From: an uncultured Bacilli bacterium
GTDB taxonomy: Bacteria > Bacillota_I > Bacilli_A > RF39 > UBA660
Reading direction: 5' to 3'
Assembly (NCBI GenBank): GCA_944332005.1
Contig: CALVJD010000002.1
Span: 3,836 to 67,835 of the forward strand
Length of the DNA stretch: 64,000 bases
The notes below the pieces were generated by a model. That model searched no databases. It saw nothing but the letters and a program-made list of their open reading frames with translations, and was not told the DNA's origin. Below are positions 29,697 through 39,621 of the stretch, piece by piece. The position numbers and the translations under genes were made by a program. Each line of letters begins with the position of its first letter. Within the stretch, counting starts at the first letter, position 1.

Positions 29697-29730
29697 ATTA
29701 TAACATATAAATACTAAATTATAAAATTAG
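29697..29730 (-). promoter_or_regulatory. candidate promoter of the islet operon (extended -10 TGtTATAAT on the minus strand)
   Basis: Extended -10 read on the minus strand with a weak -35. It lies about 45 nt upstream of the first gene. Confidence 0.35.
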
Positions 29731-29892
29731 CGTGTGATATATTTTAATGTTATTTAAAAGCAAAATGTTATTTATTTTTTAAACTTTTCTGCATTTCACA
29801 AATAACATCAATTTCTTTTTCAAAGTATCATTAATTGGGTTTTCTTTCTTAATAACATTTACCATTAATAAATCACTCTCACTTTCTTAAAC

Positions 29893-29925
29893 AAAAAAAT
29901 CAAATCCATTTCTGAATTTGATATT
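29893..29925 (-). terminator. rho-independent terminator downstream of tRNA-Gly(TCC)
   Basis: atcaaat-tcagaaatgg-atttgat followed by a T-run on the minus strand. Confidence 0.6.
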
Positions 29926-29961
29926 TATCATAATGCCCGAAAGTTCGAGCAGATTCATCTC

Positions 29962-30035
29962 TGGAGCGGATGATGAGAATCGAACTCACGTAGTCAGCTT
30001 GGAAGGCTGAGGTTCTACCATTAAACTACATCCGC
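29962..30035 (-). tRNA. tRNA-Gly(TCC)
   Basis: Acceptor gcggatg/catccgc, anticodon loop ctTCCaa, CCA encoded. Confidence 0.8.
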
Positions 30036-30362
30036 ATTTATAAAATAGGTTTTAACATATATGGAATTTCATATTGTCAAAGCCTTCCTAATCAGTAGGC
30101 ACTATTAATTTTACCAGAAAGGATGAAAAAGTCAATAACTTTGTGAAAAAAAATAAATTTTTTTACTCATTTTATATGATATACAGATTTTACTAATTTG
30201 ATACATGTTCAATTAAAAGAAGTTATGATATAATGATGATATAAGAAAAGTAGAGAAGTATTCATGTTGAAAGAATGTTGACATCTATTGATAAAACTTA
30301 TTTTTGCTTTTTTTATTTTGTATACTACGACATGAATGCAAACAATCAATTAGGAGTAAGTT

Positions 30363-32093
30363 ATGAAGAAGAAAGAATCAACAAAAATGAAAGTAAAGAC
30401 ACCTTGGTTACAATTTTATAGTGAAGTAGAGGAAAAATTAGAGGTTCCTAATTATTCTCTTTATGAACATTTGCGTAGAACCGCTCTTAAATATCCGGAA
30501 TATATTGCTTATGATTATTTTGGAGTAAAACGTCAATTTAAAGATTTGATGATGGAAATTGAAACATGTGCGAGAGCATTTAAATCTTATGGTATTGGGG
30601 TAGGTGATGTCGTAACATTATGTATGCCAAATACACCAGAAGCGGTTATCGCTTTTTACGCCTTAAATCGCATTGGTGCAATTTCCAATATGATTCATCC
30701 CAAATCAGCGGAAAATGAGATTAAATATTATTTAAATGTATCGGAAAGTACAATGTTAATTACGATCAATATTTCTTGGGATAATATCAAAAATATCTTG
30801 AAGGATACCAAGGTGAGGCAAACCGTAGTTGTATCACCAAAAGATAGTATGCCAACATTACTTGGAATTGGATATTTACTGACACAAGGACGTAAGTCAA
30901 AAATTCCTCGTAGTAGTGATCATTTATGTAATTGGCGTGAGTTTCTTTATCATGGAAAATATTATGATCAAGAACTGGATGCAAATTTAGATGGAGATGC
31001 TTACGCTTCTATTTTATATAGTGGTGGTACGACGGGAAGCCCAAAAGGAATTGTTCTTACAAACCGTAATTTTAATGCGGAAGCAATTGCCAGCTTTACA
31101 GCGGTTGCAACCTTGCATGCTGGTGATACGGCGTTAGCCATTTTGCCAATCTTTCATTGTTTTGGTTTGGGTATCTGCATTCATACGGTGTTATCTTTTG
31201 GTGGAACATCCATTTTGCTTCCTCAGTTCAATGCGAAAACATTTGATAAATTACTTGCCAAACATCGCCCTAATGTTATTTTAGGAGTTCCTACTTTATT
31301 TGAAGCGTTACTCACAAATGATAATATTGCTAAGATGGATTTATCTTTTTTGAAATGTATTATCTCAGGTGGGGATTCGCTGTCTATTAGTACAAAGAAA
31401 AAAATTGATGCCTTCTTGCGTGAACATGGCGCAAATATCCAAGTGCGAGAAGGATATGGACTTACTGAAAGTACTTCTGCTGTGTGTCTTACGCCTCCTT
31501 CTATTTATCGTGAGGGAAGTATCGGGATTCCTTATCCAGGAAGTTATATGAAAATCGTAAAGCCAAATACGCACGAAGAACTTCCTTATGGTGAAATTGG
31601 TGAAATAGTCGTTAGTGGTCCAACCGTGATGTTAGGATATTTAAATGATGTTAATGAAACAAATCACGCTTTGCAAGAACATGAAGATGGCCTTGTTTGG
31701 TTACATACGGGTGATTTAGGAATGATGGATGAAGATGGATTTGTCTACTTTAAGCAACGATTAAAACGTATGATTGTATCTTCTGGGTATAATTTATACC
31801 CACAATATATTGAAAATGTCATCGATAGTCATCCTGCGGTATTAACTTCCACTGTGATTGGAATTGAACATCCTTATAAGATTCAGGTGGCTAAAGCATT
31901 TATTGTCCTTAAGAAAGGTTTTGAACCATCTGAAGAATTGAAAGCGGATATTTACGAGCATTGTAAAAAGAATTTGGCTAAATATTCACTTCCTTATGAG
32001 ATGGAATTTCGCGAATCATTACCGAAAACACTGGTAGGGAAAGTGGCTTATATGCAATTAATGGAAGAAGAAAAGGAAAAGAGAGAAGTATAG
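30363..32093 (+). CDS. long-chain fatty acid--CoA ligase (AMP-binding adenylate-forming enzyme)
   Basis: YSGGTTGSPKG P-loop, the GYGLTE motif and a C-terminal AMP-binding domain. Confidence 0.85.
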   Translation: MKKKESTKMKVKTPWLQFYSEVEEKLEVPNYSLYEHLRRTALKYPEYIAYDYFGVKRQFKDLMMEIETCARAFKSYGIGVGDVVTLCMPNTPEAVIAFYALNRIGAISNMIHPKSAENEIKYYLNVSESTMLITINISWDNIKNILKDTKVRQTVVVSPKDSMPTLLGIGYLLTQGRKSKIPRSSDHLCNWREFLYHGKYYDQELDANLDGDAYASILYSGGTTGSPKGIVLTNRNFNAEAIASFTAVATLHAGDTALAILPIFHCFGLGICIHTVLSFGGTSILLPQFNAKTFDKLLAKHRPNVILGVPTLFEALLTNDNIAKMDLSFLKCIISGGDSLSISTKKKIDAFLREHGANIQVREGYGLTESTSAVCLTPPSIYREGSIGIPYPGSYMKIVKPNTHEELPYGEIGEIVVSGPTVMLGYLNDVNETNHALQEHEDGLVWLHTGDLGMMDEDGFVYFKQRLKRMIVSSGYNLYPQYIENVIDSHPAVLTSTVIGIEHPYKIQVAKAFIVLKKGFEPSEELKADIYEHCKKNLAKYSLPYEMEFRESLPKTLVGKVAYMQLMEEEKEKREV

Positions 32094-32132
32094 CTCTTCT
32101 TTTTGTTGTATAATAGAAATAAGGTGATGACG

Positions 32133-33242
32133 ATGGGATGGTTATTGACAGCTTTAGCAGTAGTAATAGCAAATTGGTATTTATGGTATCGTTACCGAAG
32201 ACATGCTTCTAAATTAGAAATTCGCATGATTGAATTTTTTCAAGTATGTCTTTTGATACCGACAGGGCTCTACTTTATTTTATACTTTAGTCGCAATATC
32301 GATTCTGTTTGGGTTCAAGTGTTATCTTATGTGGCAGGACTTTATGTAGCTACTTTGGTTTACTCTTGTATTCTTTTTCTTTTTTTTGATGTTTTAGATT
32401 TTATTTGGAAACATCTTTTTAAAAAGGAACAAGGTGCTTTTTCAGTTTCATGGTTTCATCGCAACTTTTTTCTTTTTTGCCTTGCTTTTGTCATTGCTTT
32501 TTATGGTCTTTGGAATGGGACTCTTTTGGAAATTACTTCTTATCATATTACGATGGAAAAAAGAGAATCGAATCTGTCTTCTCTAAAGATTGCTTTTTTA
32601 TCGGATTTACATATTGGAGGTTTCATAAGAGATGAAGAAATTTTAAAGATTGTTGATCGTACGAATGAATGGAATCCAGAATTAATTGTTTTAACGGGAG
32701 ATTTATTCGATGAAAGTACTTCTGAAAGACAGAAAACATTATGGATTCAAGGAATGAAAGAGTGGAATCCTAAATATGGTATTTATTATGTGTATGGTAA
32801 TCATGAATACTTGTCTTCTACTTTTGAAGAAGATTTAAAACTTTTGGAAAATGCTGGTATTCATGTTTTAGAGGACGAAGTAGTCAATGTTGAACATGCT
32901 TTTACGATTGTCGGAAGAAAAGATCGTCTAGCAAAGAGAAGAGCATTATCGGATCTTTTAATGGAGACCGAAGATTTGCCAATTTTACTACTTGATCATA
33001 GACCTTATTATGAAGATGTTTCTGATTACGACCGTGAAATATTACAACTTTCGGGGCATACTCATAATGGTCAAATTTTTCCTTTTAAACCTTTTTATGA
33101 TCTCGTTCATTTACATGCTTATGGTTATTATCAGAAACCTTCTTACGATTTACTAGTAACTTCTGGAGTTGGAATGTGGGGAATTCCCGTTCGAATTGGA
33201 AGTAGTAGGGAAATTGTACAAGTGTTGATCAATTTTAATTAA
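32133..33242 (+). CDS. membrane-anchored metallophosphoesterase
   Basis: Four N-terminal TM helices. Calcineurin-like motifs DLHIG, GDLFD, GNHE and GHTH. Confidence 0.8.
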   Translation: MGWLLTALAVVIANWYLWYRYRRHASKLEIRMIEFFQVCLLIPTGLYFILYFSRNIDSVWVQVLSYVAGLYVATLVYSCILFLFFDVLDFIWKHLFKKEQGAFSVSWFHRNFFLFCLAFVIAFYGLWNGTLLEITSYHITMEKRESNLSSLKIAFLSDLHIGGFIRDEEILKIVDRTNEWNPELIVLTGDLFDESTSERQKTLWIQGMKEWNPKYGIYYVYGNHEYLSSTFEEDLKLLENAGIHVLEDEVVNVEHAFTIVGRKDRLAKRRALSDLLMETEDLPILLLDHRPYYEDVSDYDREILQLSGHTHNGQIFPFKPFYDLVHLHAYGYYQKPSYDLLVTSGVGMWGIPVRIGSSREIVQVLINFN

Positions 33243-33300
33243 GTCATGTTTTGAAATTACTTTCATATACTTTTAATGTAGAAAGTGAGGAATTAAAATC

Positions 33301-33561
33301 ATGGAAACATTAAAAGTTTCATCGAAATCCAATCCGAATTCAGTTGCAGGAGCACTGGCTAATGTGTTTAGAGAAACGAACGAAGCTGAAATTCAAGCGA
33401 TTGGGGCAGGAGCACTCAATCAGGCGATTAAGGCCATCGCTATTTGTAGGGGTTTTGTCGCACCAAGTGGCAAAAACTTAGTCTGTATACCTGCTTTCAC
33501 TGATATTGTGATCGAAGGAGAAGAACGTACGGCTATTAAATTAATTGTCGAAGCAAGATAA
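33301..33561 (+). CDS. spoVS: stage V sporulation protein S
   Basis: 86 aa whose pattern (SKSNPNSVAGALANV..., AIGAGALNQAIKAIAI) matches SpoVS. Confidence 0.85.
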   Translation: METLKVSSKSNPNSVAGALANVFRETNEAEIQAIGAGALNQAIKAIAICRGFVAPSGKNLVCIPAFTDIVIEGEERTAIKLIVEAR

Positions 33562-33614
33562 ATATCCAAATGGATATTTTTTTTCTTATCTTCCATACTA
33601 GTATTGGTGATACT

Positions 33615-35027
33615 ATGTTTGAAAGATATGAGATTCGTAAAATGGATGGAGAAGAAGTATTATATTTATACGTGAATCATGATTATGAATTTGGTATTTT
33701 AGATTCGGTTCGTGAGGCAGGAAAAAATTTGATTGGTGAAATTAACCAATATATTCAAGATCGTAAAATTCGTTTTCGTGGAAAAAAGGTTGCTTTAGTC
33801 GTAAATGGAATTTTAGTTACTTCTTTACTAGTAGCATCGAATTATCCGGATTTTGTGTTTCCTGAGAAGCCGAATAGGTTACCAACTCTTTCCATTACCG
33901 AGGTATTGTTACCCGATAAAAAAGAAGAACTTCCTTCCAAAGAAGAGCAGGGATTAGACGGAGAAGTGATCGTGGATGTAGAAGATGAGGTGACCGAAAA
34001 CGTCGAAAATGAATTGGTGATGGAAGATACGAATTCTTCTATCACTTCTAATCCATCGACAAAGCCTAATGCGTCTAAGCCATCCACTGATACGGGAACA
34101 TCAAAACCTTCGACTGGTACTTCTAGTCCATCTATCTCTATTCCTAATGAGACTCCAGTGGAAGACTCTACCCCAGTCGTGAAACCGGAAGCACCATCAA
34201 AACCGACGAGTCCAGAAGATCCTTATACGACTGGGATTGGAATACCAGTGACGGTTATTCGAAGCAATGGTACGATTATTCAGCTTGCCCTGGAAGATTA
34301 TGTGATTGGCGTTGTCGCAGCTGAGATGCCAGCCTCTTTTTCGATAGAGGCATTGAAAGCACAAGCGGTAGCAGCGAGAACTTATGTTTTAAAGAAAATC
34401 AAACAGAATCAAACGGTTACCGATACCATTCAGGATCAAGTATATAAAGATGTTGATCAATTAAAAAAAGAATGGGGAAATGGTTTTACAACTTATTATA
34501 ATAAAGTAAAACAGGCGGTGTTAGATACGCAAGGGAAGGCGATCTATTATCACAATCAGTTGATCGATGCCGTTTATTTTTCTACTTCGAATGGTAGAAC
34601 GGAAGATGCGAAAGAGGTGTGGGGGAATGCCTTTTCTTACTTAGTGAGTGTCGATAGTCCATGGGATGTCGGTACGAGGGAATATTTAAAGACGGTTGTA
34701 AAATCACGTCAAGATGTCAGTAATCGTTTGGGCATCGAGTTAAGTGAGGATACGCCAATTGAAGTATTAGAACGCAGTAGTGGGAATCGAATTGTGACAA
34801 TCAAAATTGGTACAAAAATTTTTCGAGGTGTTGATTTATATAATAAGCTTGGCCTTCGTAGTCGCGATTTTGATATGTGGGTGGAAGGTGATTCGGTTTA
34901 TTTTACTACCCGTGGTTGGGGTCATGGCGTAGGAATGAGCCAATATGGAGCGAATGGAATGGCCAAGGCAGGATATCGTTATGACCAAATTCTAACTCAT
35001 TATTATCAAGGTGTTACGATCAAATAA
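33615..35027 (+). CDS. SpoIID/LytB-domain protein with a Pro/Ser/Thr-rich linker
   Basis: C-terminal SpoIID motifs (GWGHGVGMSQYGA), an N-terminal TM helix and a low-complexity linker. An upstream TTG start is also possible. Confidence 0.75.
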   Translation: MFERYEIRKMDGEEVLYLYVNHDYEFGILDSVREAGKNLIGEINQYIQDRKIRFRGKKVALVVNGILVTSLLVASNYPDFVFPEKPNRLPTLSITEVLLPDKKEELPSKEEQGLDGEVIVDVEDEVTENVENELVMEDTNSSITSNPSTKPNASKPSTDTGTSKPSTGTSSPSISIPNETPVEDSTPVVKPEAPSKPTSPEDPYTTGIGIPVTVIRSNGTIIQLALEDYVIGVVAAEMPASFSIEALKAQAVAARTYVLKKIKQNQTVTDTIQDQVYKDVDQLKKEWGNGFTTYYNKVKQAVLDTQGKAIYYHNQLIDAVYFSTSNGRTEDAKEVWGNAFSYLVSVDSPWDVGTREYLKTVVKSRQDVSNRLGIELSEDTPIEVLERSSGNRIVTIKIGTKIFRGVDLYNKLGLRSRDFDMWVEGDSVYFTTRGWGHGVGMSQYGANGMAKAGYRYDQILTHYYQGVTIK

Positions 35028-35076
35028 TTGCTATTTTGAATAGGTTGTATTATAATAAACCTACCGAGGTGGTTGT

Positions 35077-35517
35077 ATGGATCCAAATATGAAAAGAAGT
35101 ATTATTTTAGAACATTATCAAAATCCTAAGAATAGAGGGCTGCAACATCACGAAGATTCTATTAGTGTTAATATGAATAATGAATCTTGTATCGATGAAG
35201 TGAATCTGGAAGTATTAATTAAAAATGGTCGTATTCAAGATATTCGTTTCGATGGAGAAGCTTGCGCGATTTGTACCAGTTCGACATCGATTATGATCGA
35301 TACATTGATTGGAAAAACGATCGACGAAGCAATTCAAATTTATGGTCAATTTGAAAATATGATCAATGAAAAAGAATATGATTCTGAATTATTAGAACAA
35401 GCAGTTGTCTATTATGATATTGCTCGTCAACCAAATCGTAAAAAATGTGCACTTCTTCCTTGGTGGGGAATGAAGAAGGCATTAGAAGATCATCAAAATG
35501 AAAATTTGGAACAGTAA
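35077..35517 (+). CDS. sufU: SufU/IscU-like Fe-S cluster assembly protein (NifU N-terminal fold)
   Basis: The conserved Cys triad and overall pattern match SufU. Confidence 0.7.
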   Translation: MDPNMKRSIILEHYQNPKNRGLQHHEDSISVNMNNESCIDEVNLEVLIKNGRIQDIRFDGEACAICTSSTSIMIDTLIGKTIDEAIQIYGQFENMINEKEYDSELLEQAVVYYDIARQPNRKKCALLPWWGMKKALEDHQNENLEQ

Positions 35518-36024
35518 AATCAAATAGATATGCTAAGAAAGAAGTAATGGAACAAAGATGAATTAAAGACTTGCTTTTTTCTTTTTTTATAAAAAAGCTC
35601 GCTGTTATAGTAGTTAATATGTTTTTGAAATTGATCTAGATGACAGAAATTATGTGTTTTGAATTATTACCAGATCATTATGAACACTTATGTAAAAATC
35701 ATTCATGAATGTGCTTTTTTATCGTAAGAATGGTAGTATAGAAATAATAAGATACAGTTTTGTATGAGTGATCAAACGAATTCTTTTTGCTTTGGTGCGT
35801 AGCAAGATAAAAGACGCTATGAAACCGATTAGGATTTAACAATGAATATATGAAAATATGATGTACAAGATAGATCAAAAGGAAATTGATGCAAACAAAT
35901 TGTCGAAAATTTCTGTAATTAAGTAAGAAGAACGTTGGATCACGGATCTATTGATCTTTATTAAAAAGCTGCTTTTCATTTAAATAAAAGTGTGTTATAA
36001 TGCGTATAGTAGGAGGAATAAAAA

Positions 36025-36360
36025 ATGAAACATTGGAAAAAAGGAATGGTTGTAATAAGTGTTGCTTTGTTATGCATATTTGCTGTCGGATGTGGTGAAG
36101 GGAAACAAGCATCTTACGAAAAAACGATGGAAGAATATGCTAGAGATTATTATGAAACCTATATTTTGGACAAGGTAGAAGGATTGGATGTTCCAGAAAT
36201 TACCATTGCTAATTTAGAAAATGTAAATGCTAATGGTGGAGCGAATTATGATCTTAGCAAACTAGAAGGTTGTACATCGACTTCCTATGCTCGCTTAATC
36301 TTGAAAGAAAATGGTAGAGATATCGACCATGTAGAATTTAATATGAGTTGTGAAAAATAG
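36025..36360 (+). CDS. small lipoprotein, hypothetical
   Basis: Lipobox AVGC and a TATAAT promoter upstream. Confidence 0.55.
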   Translation: MKHWKKGMVVISVALLCIFAVGCGEGKQASYEKTMEEYARDYYETYILDKVEGLDVPEITIANLENVNANGGANYDLSKLEGCTSTSYARLILKENGRDIDHVEFNMSCEK

Positions 36361-36752
36361 ATAAAAGAATTAATTGAATAAATTTCTATGTCAAATAAAA
36401 AGGTAATTATGACAACATCGATCATTGATCGGTGTTTTTTTCACTTGTTTTTGATTTTAATATATAGCATATCCATTCGTTCCATCCAATTTGTAATTTA
36501 TTCAGAGTTTTGAAACAAATCCTCTTTTGATGAAATTTCGATACTATTCGATTTCGTTTCCCTTATATTTTATATTTATTTTTTTAAATGGTAATAATTT
36601 ATAAATCACTTGAATGTACTTTTAAAAATTTTCAAGAATTCCTTTTTTTATTTTTTTAATTTGATGGAAAAGAATTCAAAAAACGTTTCATTATTTGCCA
36701 TTTGCTTACCTTTCTTTCTTTTGCTATAGTGGCTACAGAAAGGAGGTAGAAC

Positions 36753-37094
36753 ATGTTGAATCAATTGGTAATCGTTGGAAGAATGGTCCGGGAACCAGAA
36801 CTTTATGAGACGGATACCGGTAGGAAAGTAACGTCGATTGTATTAGCTGTTCCTAGAAGTTATAAAAATTCTAATGGTGAATATGATACGGATTTTGTCA
36901 AATGTATTTTGTGGCAAGGAATTGCTGAAAATACAACTCAATATGTCAAAAAAGGTGATTTGTTGGGCGTGAAGGGCCGTATTCAATCCAAGGAACGTGA
37001 GTTAATGGATGGAACAAAATGGACCTATTTAGAAGTTGTCGCAGAAAAAGTTACATTTTTATCATCAAAACCGAAAGAAAAGCGAGAAAAATAG
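36753..37094 (+). CDS. ssb: single-stranded DNA-binding protein, short form lacking the acidic C-terminal tip
   Basis: OB-fold SSB pattern. The protein ends KPKEKREK with no DDDIPF tail. Confidence 0.8.
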   Translation: MLNQLVIVGRMVREPELYETDTGRKVTSIVLAVPRSYKNSNGEYDTDFVKCILWQGIAENTTQYVKKGDLLGVKGRIQSKERELMDGTKWTYLEVVAEKVTFLSSKPKEKREK

Positions 37095-37184
37095 TAGAAA
37101 AAACGTTAACTAATGATTAATTATGTTTCAAATAGCTAATTACCTGTTATAATATAATTAACACAGAGATAACGAGGTGATAGG

Positions 37185-37523
37185 ATGATTGGAACGAAAA
37201 TTAAGGAAGAACGTTTAAAAAGAGATTGGACCCAAGAGGAATTAGGCGACAAAATTGGTGTCAGTAAGGTATGTATTTCCGGATATGAAAAAGGAACAAA
37301 ATCCCCAACTTTAAATACGATTTATCGCTTATTAAAAGCGCTTGAATTAACACCCAACGAATTACTTGGCTATGAGGTAGAAACGGTTATAGACAAGGAG
37401 GTTATTCATCTATCACATAGCGATGTTCATATTCTTTGTTCCTTAAAAGAATATCCAGAACTTTATCAGAAAATCAGTGAGGATCCGAAACGAATCTTGG
37501 AGCGAATGCAGAAAAAAATATAA
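37185..37523 (+). CDS. XRE-family HTH transcriptional regulator
   Basis: HTH_3 domain. It is a paralogue of the gene at 37875. Confidence 0.8.
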   Translation: MIGTKIKEERLKRDWTQEELGDKIGVSKVCISGYEKGTKSPTLNTIYRLLKALELTPNELLGYEVETVIDKEVIHLSHSDVHILCSLKEYPELYQKISEDPKRILERMQKKI

Positions 37524-37532
37524 AACCAAGAA

Positions 37533-37736
37533 TTATTTCTTGGTTTTATATTCCTCATAAAATAGGTGGTCAGGCGTAACTCCAAAAATGGTTGCCATCT
37601 TTACAGCCATATCATAAGAAAGGCGCCTTTTGTTATTTTCTAACTGCCAGTAATAAGTTTTACTGATCGATAGTAATTCGGCCATTTGTCTATGACTGTA
37701 ATGAAACTTTAAACGATATTCTTTTAATCGTTCCAT
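37533..37736 (-). CDS. XRE-family HTH protein (Cro/cI-like)
   Basis: 67 aa HTH_3. It is divergent from 37875 and convergent with 37185. Confidence 0.75.
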   Translation of the reverse strand: MERLKEYRLKFHYSHRQMAELLSISKTYYWQLENNKRRLSYDMAVKMATIFGVTPDHLFYEEYKTKK

Positions 37737-37776
37737 CTTATCACCATCCTAGTTCTATTATATATTAACTTCTAAT

Positions 37777-37789
37777 TAACTTCAAGTTA
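37777..37789. promoter_or_regulatory. candidate operator palindrome (taACTTcaAGTTa) within TTAACT repeats in the divergent intergenic region
   Basis: Inverted repeat and repeated TTAACT half-sites lie between divergent HTH genes. Confidence 0.35.
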
Positions 37790-37874
37790 AAATTAACTAA
37801 AAATTAATTTTCTTTCAAAATATGTAAAGAATGCTTATAATAGTATTAACAAATGGATAACGGAGGAACTGGAT

Positions 37875-38231
37875 ATGTTAATTGGAAAGAGAATAAAAGA
37901 AGCAAGACTTGCTAAGGGTATGAGTCAACAAGCTTTAGGAGATTTGTTGAATGTTTCAAAAGTATCAGTTTGCGGGTATGAAACGGGAACGAGAACCCCT
38001 ACATTAGAAACATTCTTAGATTTAATCGAAGTACTAGATTTAGAACCATCTTATGTGCTAGGAATTGAAACTTCTGTTGTAAATGAAGAAGGAGTACCTT
38101 ATGGTGCGAAAATAGCCAAAGAAGATTTTGAAATTTTAAACGAATTGAAAAATCATCGCAGTTTGTATAACCAATTGTGTGAAAATCCAAAACGTACGGT
38201 CGATATCATCGCGAAAAAGATGGAAAAATAA
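37875..38231 (+). CDS. XRE-family HTH transcriptional regulator
   Basis: HTH_3 domain and the RBS acggagga. Confidence 0.8.
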   Translation: MLIGKRIKEARLAKGMSQQALGDLLNVSKVSVCGYETGTRTPTLETFLDLIEVLDLEPSYVLGIETSVVNEEGVPYGAKIAKEDFEILNELKNHRSLYNQLCENPKRTVDIIAKKMEK

Positions 38232-38335
38232 AAGTGGAATGAAATACAACTCGTGGAGTTGTATTTTTGTGTCAAAAAATGTATAGAAAAGAAGAATATG
38301 ATAAGAAGCATGTTATAATGAATATAGGTGAGAAT

Positions 38336-39610
38336 ATGAATATATTAGAAATAATCGACAAAAAAAGAAACAAACAAAGATTGTCGAAAGAAGAAATGGA
38401 ATATATGATTCAAGGTTATCTAGATGAATCGATTAAAGATTATCAAATGAGTGCCTTACTTATGGCGATTGTATTAAATGGTATGAATGAAGATGAAGTT
38501 GTCGATTTGACGACGGCTATGTTGAATAGTGGAGAAGTGATGGATTTATCTTCGATTTCTGGTATTAAAGTTGACAAGCATTCGACGGGAGGAGTTGGAG
38601 ATAAGACGACGTTAATTCTAGCACCTTTAGTAGCGAGTTGTGGAGTTCCTGTTGCCAAGATGAGTGGCAGAGGATTAGGACACACTGGTGGAACGATCGA
38701 TAAATTAGAGTCGATCCCAGGGTTTCAGGTTGATTTGTCAGTTGAGAATTTTATTCGTGAAGTAAATGAAATTGGTCTATCTATCGTCAGTCAAACTGGT
38801 AATTTAGTCCCGGCTGACAAGAAGTTATATGCTCTTCGCGATGTAACTGGAACGGTAGAATCAATTTCCTTAATCGCTTCTAGTATCATGAGTAAGAAAC
38901 TAGCGAGCGGGGCTGATAAAATTGTCATTGATGTCAAAGTGGGGAATGGAGCTTTAGTAAAGACGATTGAAGAAGCGAAAAAACTAGCTCAATTGATGGT
39001 TCATATCGGTAATTCTCATCAAAAAGAAACCGTGTGTGTGATTACACGTATGAGTGAACCACTTGGATGTGCGATCGGGAACGCTTTAGAAGTACTGGAG
39101 GGTATCGAAGTGTTAAAAGGCGGAGGACCAGAAGATTTAAAAGAATTGGTTTTGACCCTTGCTACGATTATGGTGAGTTTGGGATTAGAGTGTCAGATGG
39201 AACAAGCTTCTAAATTAGTGAATGAAAACTTAGAAAATGGAAAGGCTTATCAAAAGTTTTTAGAATTTGTGAAAGCACAAAAAGGAAATTTAGATGAGTT
39301 GGCGGTAGCTCCGAAAATCTTTTCGATTAAAGCTCCGAAAAGCGGAATTGTCAATCATATTGATGCCTTAAAATTAGGAGAATTAGCGCGCTTAATCGGA
39401 GCAGGAAGAATGACGAAAGAAGACAAGATTGATTATGGAGTTGGTTTTGTTTTATCCAAAAAAGTAGGTGATTTTGTTTTACAAGATGAAGAGCTTATGA
39501 AAGTTTATTTAAATGAAAAAGATGTTCATTTAGATGTATTACTGAGTTGTTTTATGATCGAGGATGATTATACGAATACAGAACCACTTATTCATGAAGT
39601 TGTCAAATAG
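38336..39610 (+). CDS. pdp: pyrimidine-nucleoside (thymidine) phosphorylase
   Basis: Glycosyltransferase family 3 motifs (DKHSTGGVGD). The start at 38336 has the RBS aggtgag and an internal extended -10 lies upstream. Confidence 0.85.
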   Translation: MNILEIIDKKRNKQRLSKEEMEYMIQGYLDESIKDYQMSALLMAIVLNGMNEDEVVDLTTAMLNSGEVMDLSSISGIKVDKHSTGGVGDKTTLILAPLVASCGVPVAKMSGRGLGHTGGTIDKLESIPGFQVDLSVENFIREVNEIGLSIVSQTGNLVPADKKLYALRDVTGTVESISLIASSIMSKKLASGADKIVIDVKVGNGALVKTIEEAKKLAQLMVHIGNSHQKETVCVITRMSEPLGCAIGNALEVLEGIEVLKGGGPEDLKELVLTLATIMVSLGLECQMEQASKLVNENLENGKAYQKFLEFVKAQKGNLDELAVAPKIFSIKAPKSGIVNHIDALKLGELARLIGAGRMTKEDKIDYGVGFVLSKKVGDFVLQDEELMKVYLNEKDVHLDVLLSCFMIEDDYTNTEPLIHEVVK

Positions 39611-39621
39611 GAGGGCATGCT

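Noticed and set aside
35520-36024. 500-bp ORF-free stretch after sufU considered for a degraded gene or ncRNA
   Set aside because: It contains only a TATAAT promoter for the downstream lipoprotein gene. No convincing structure or coding remnant was found by eye.
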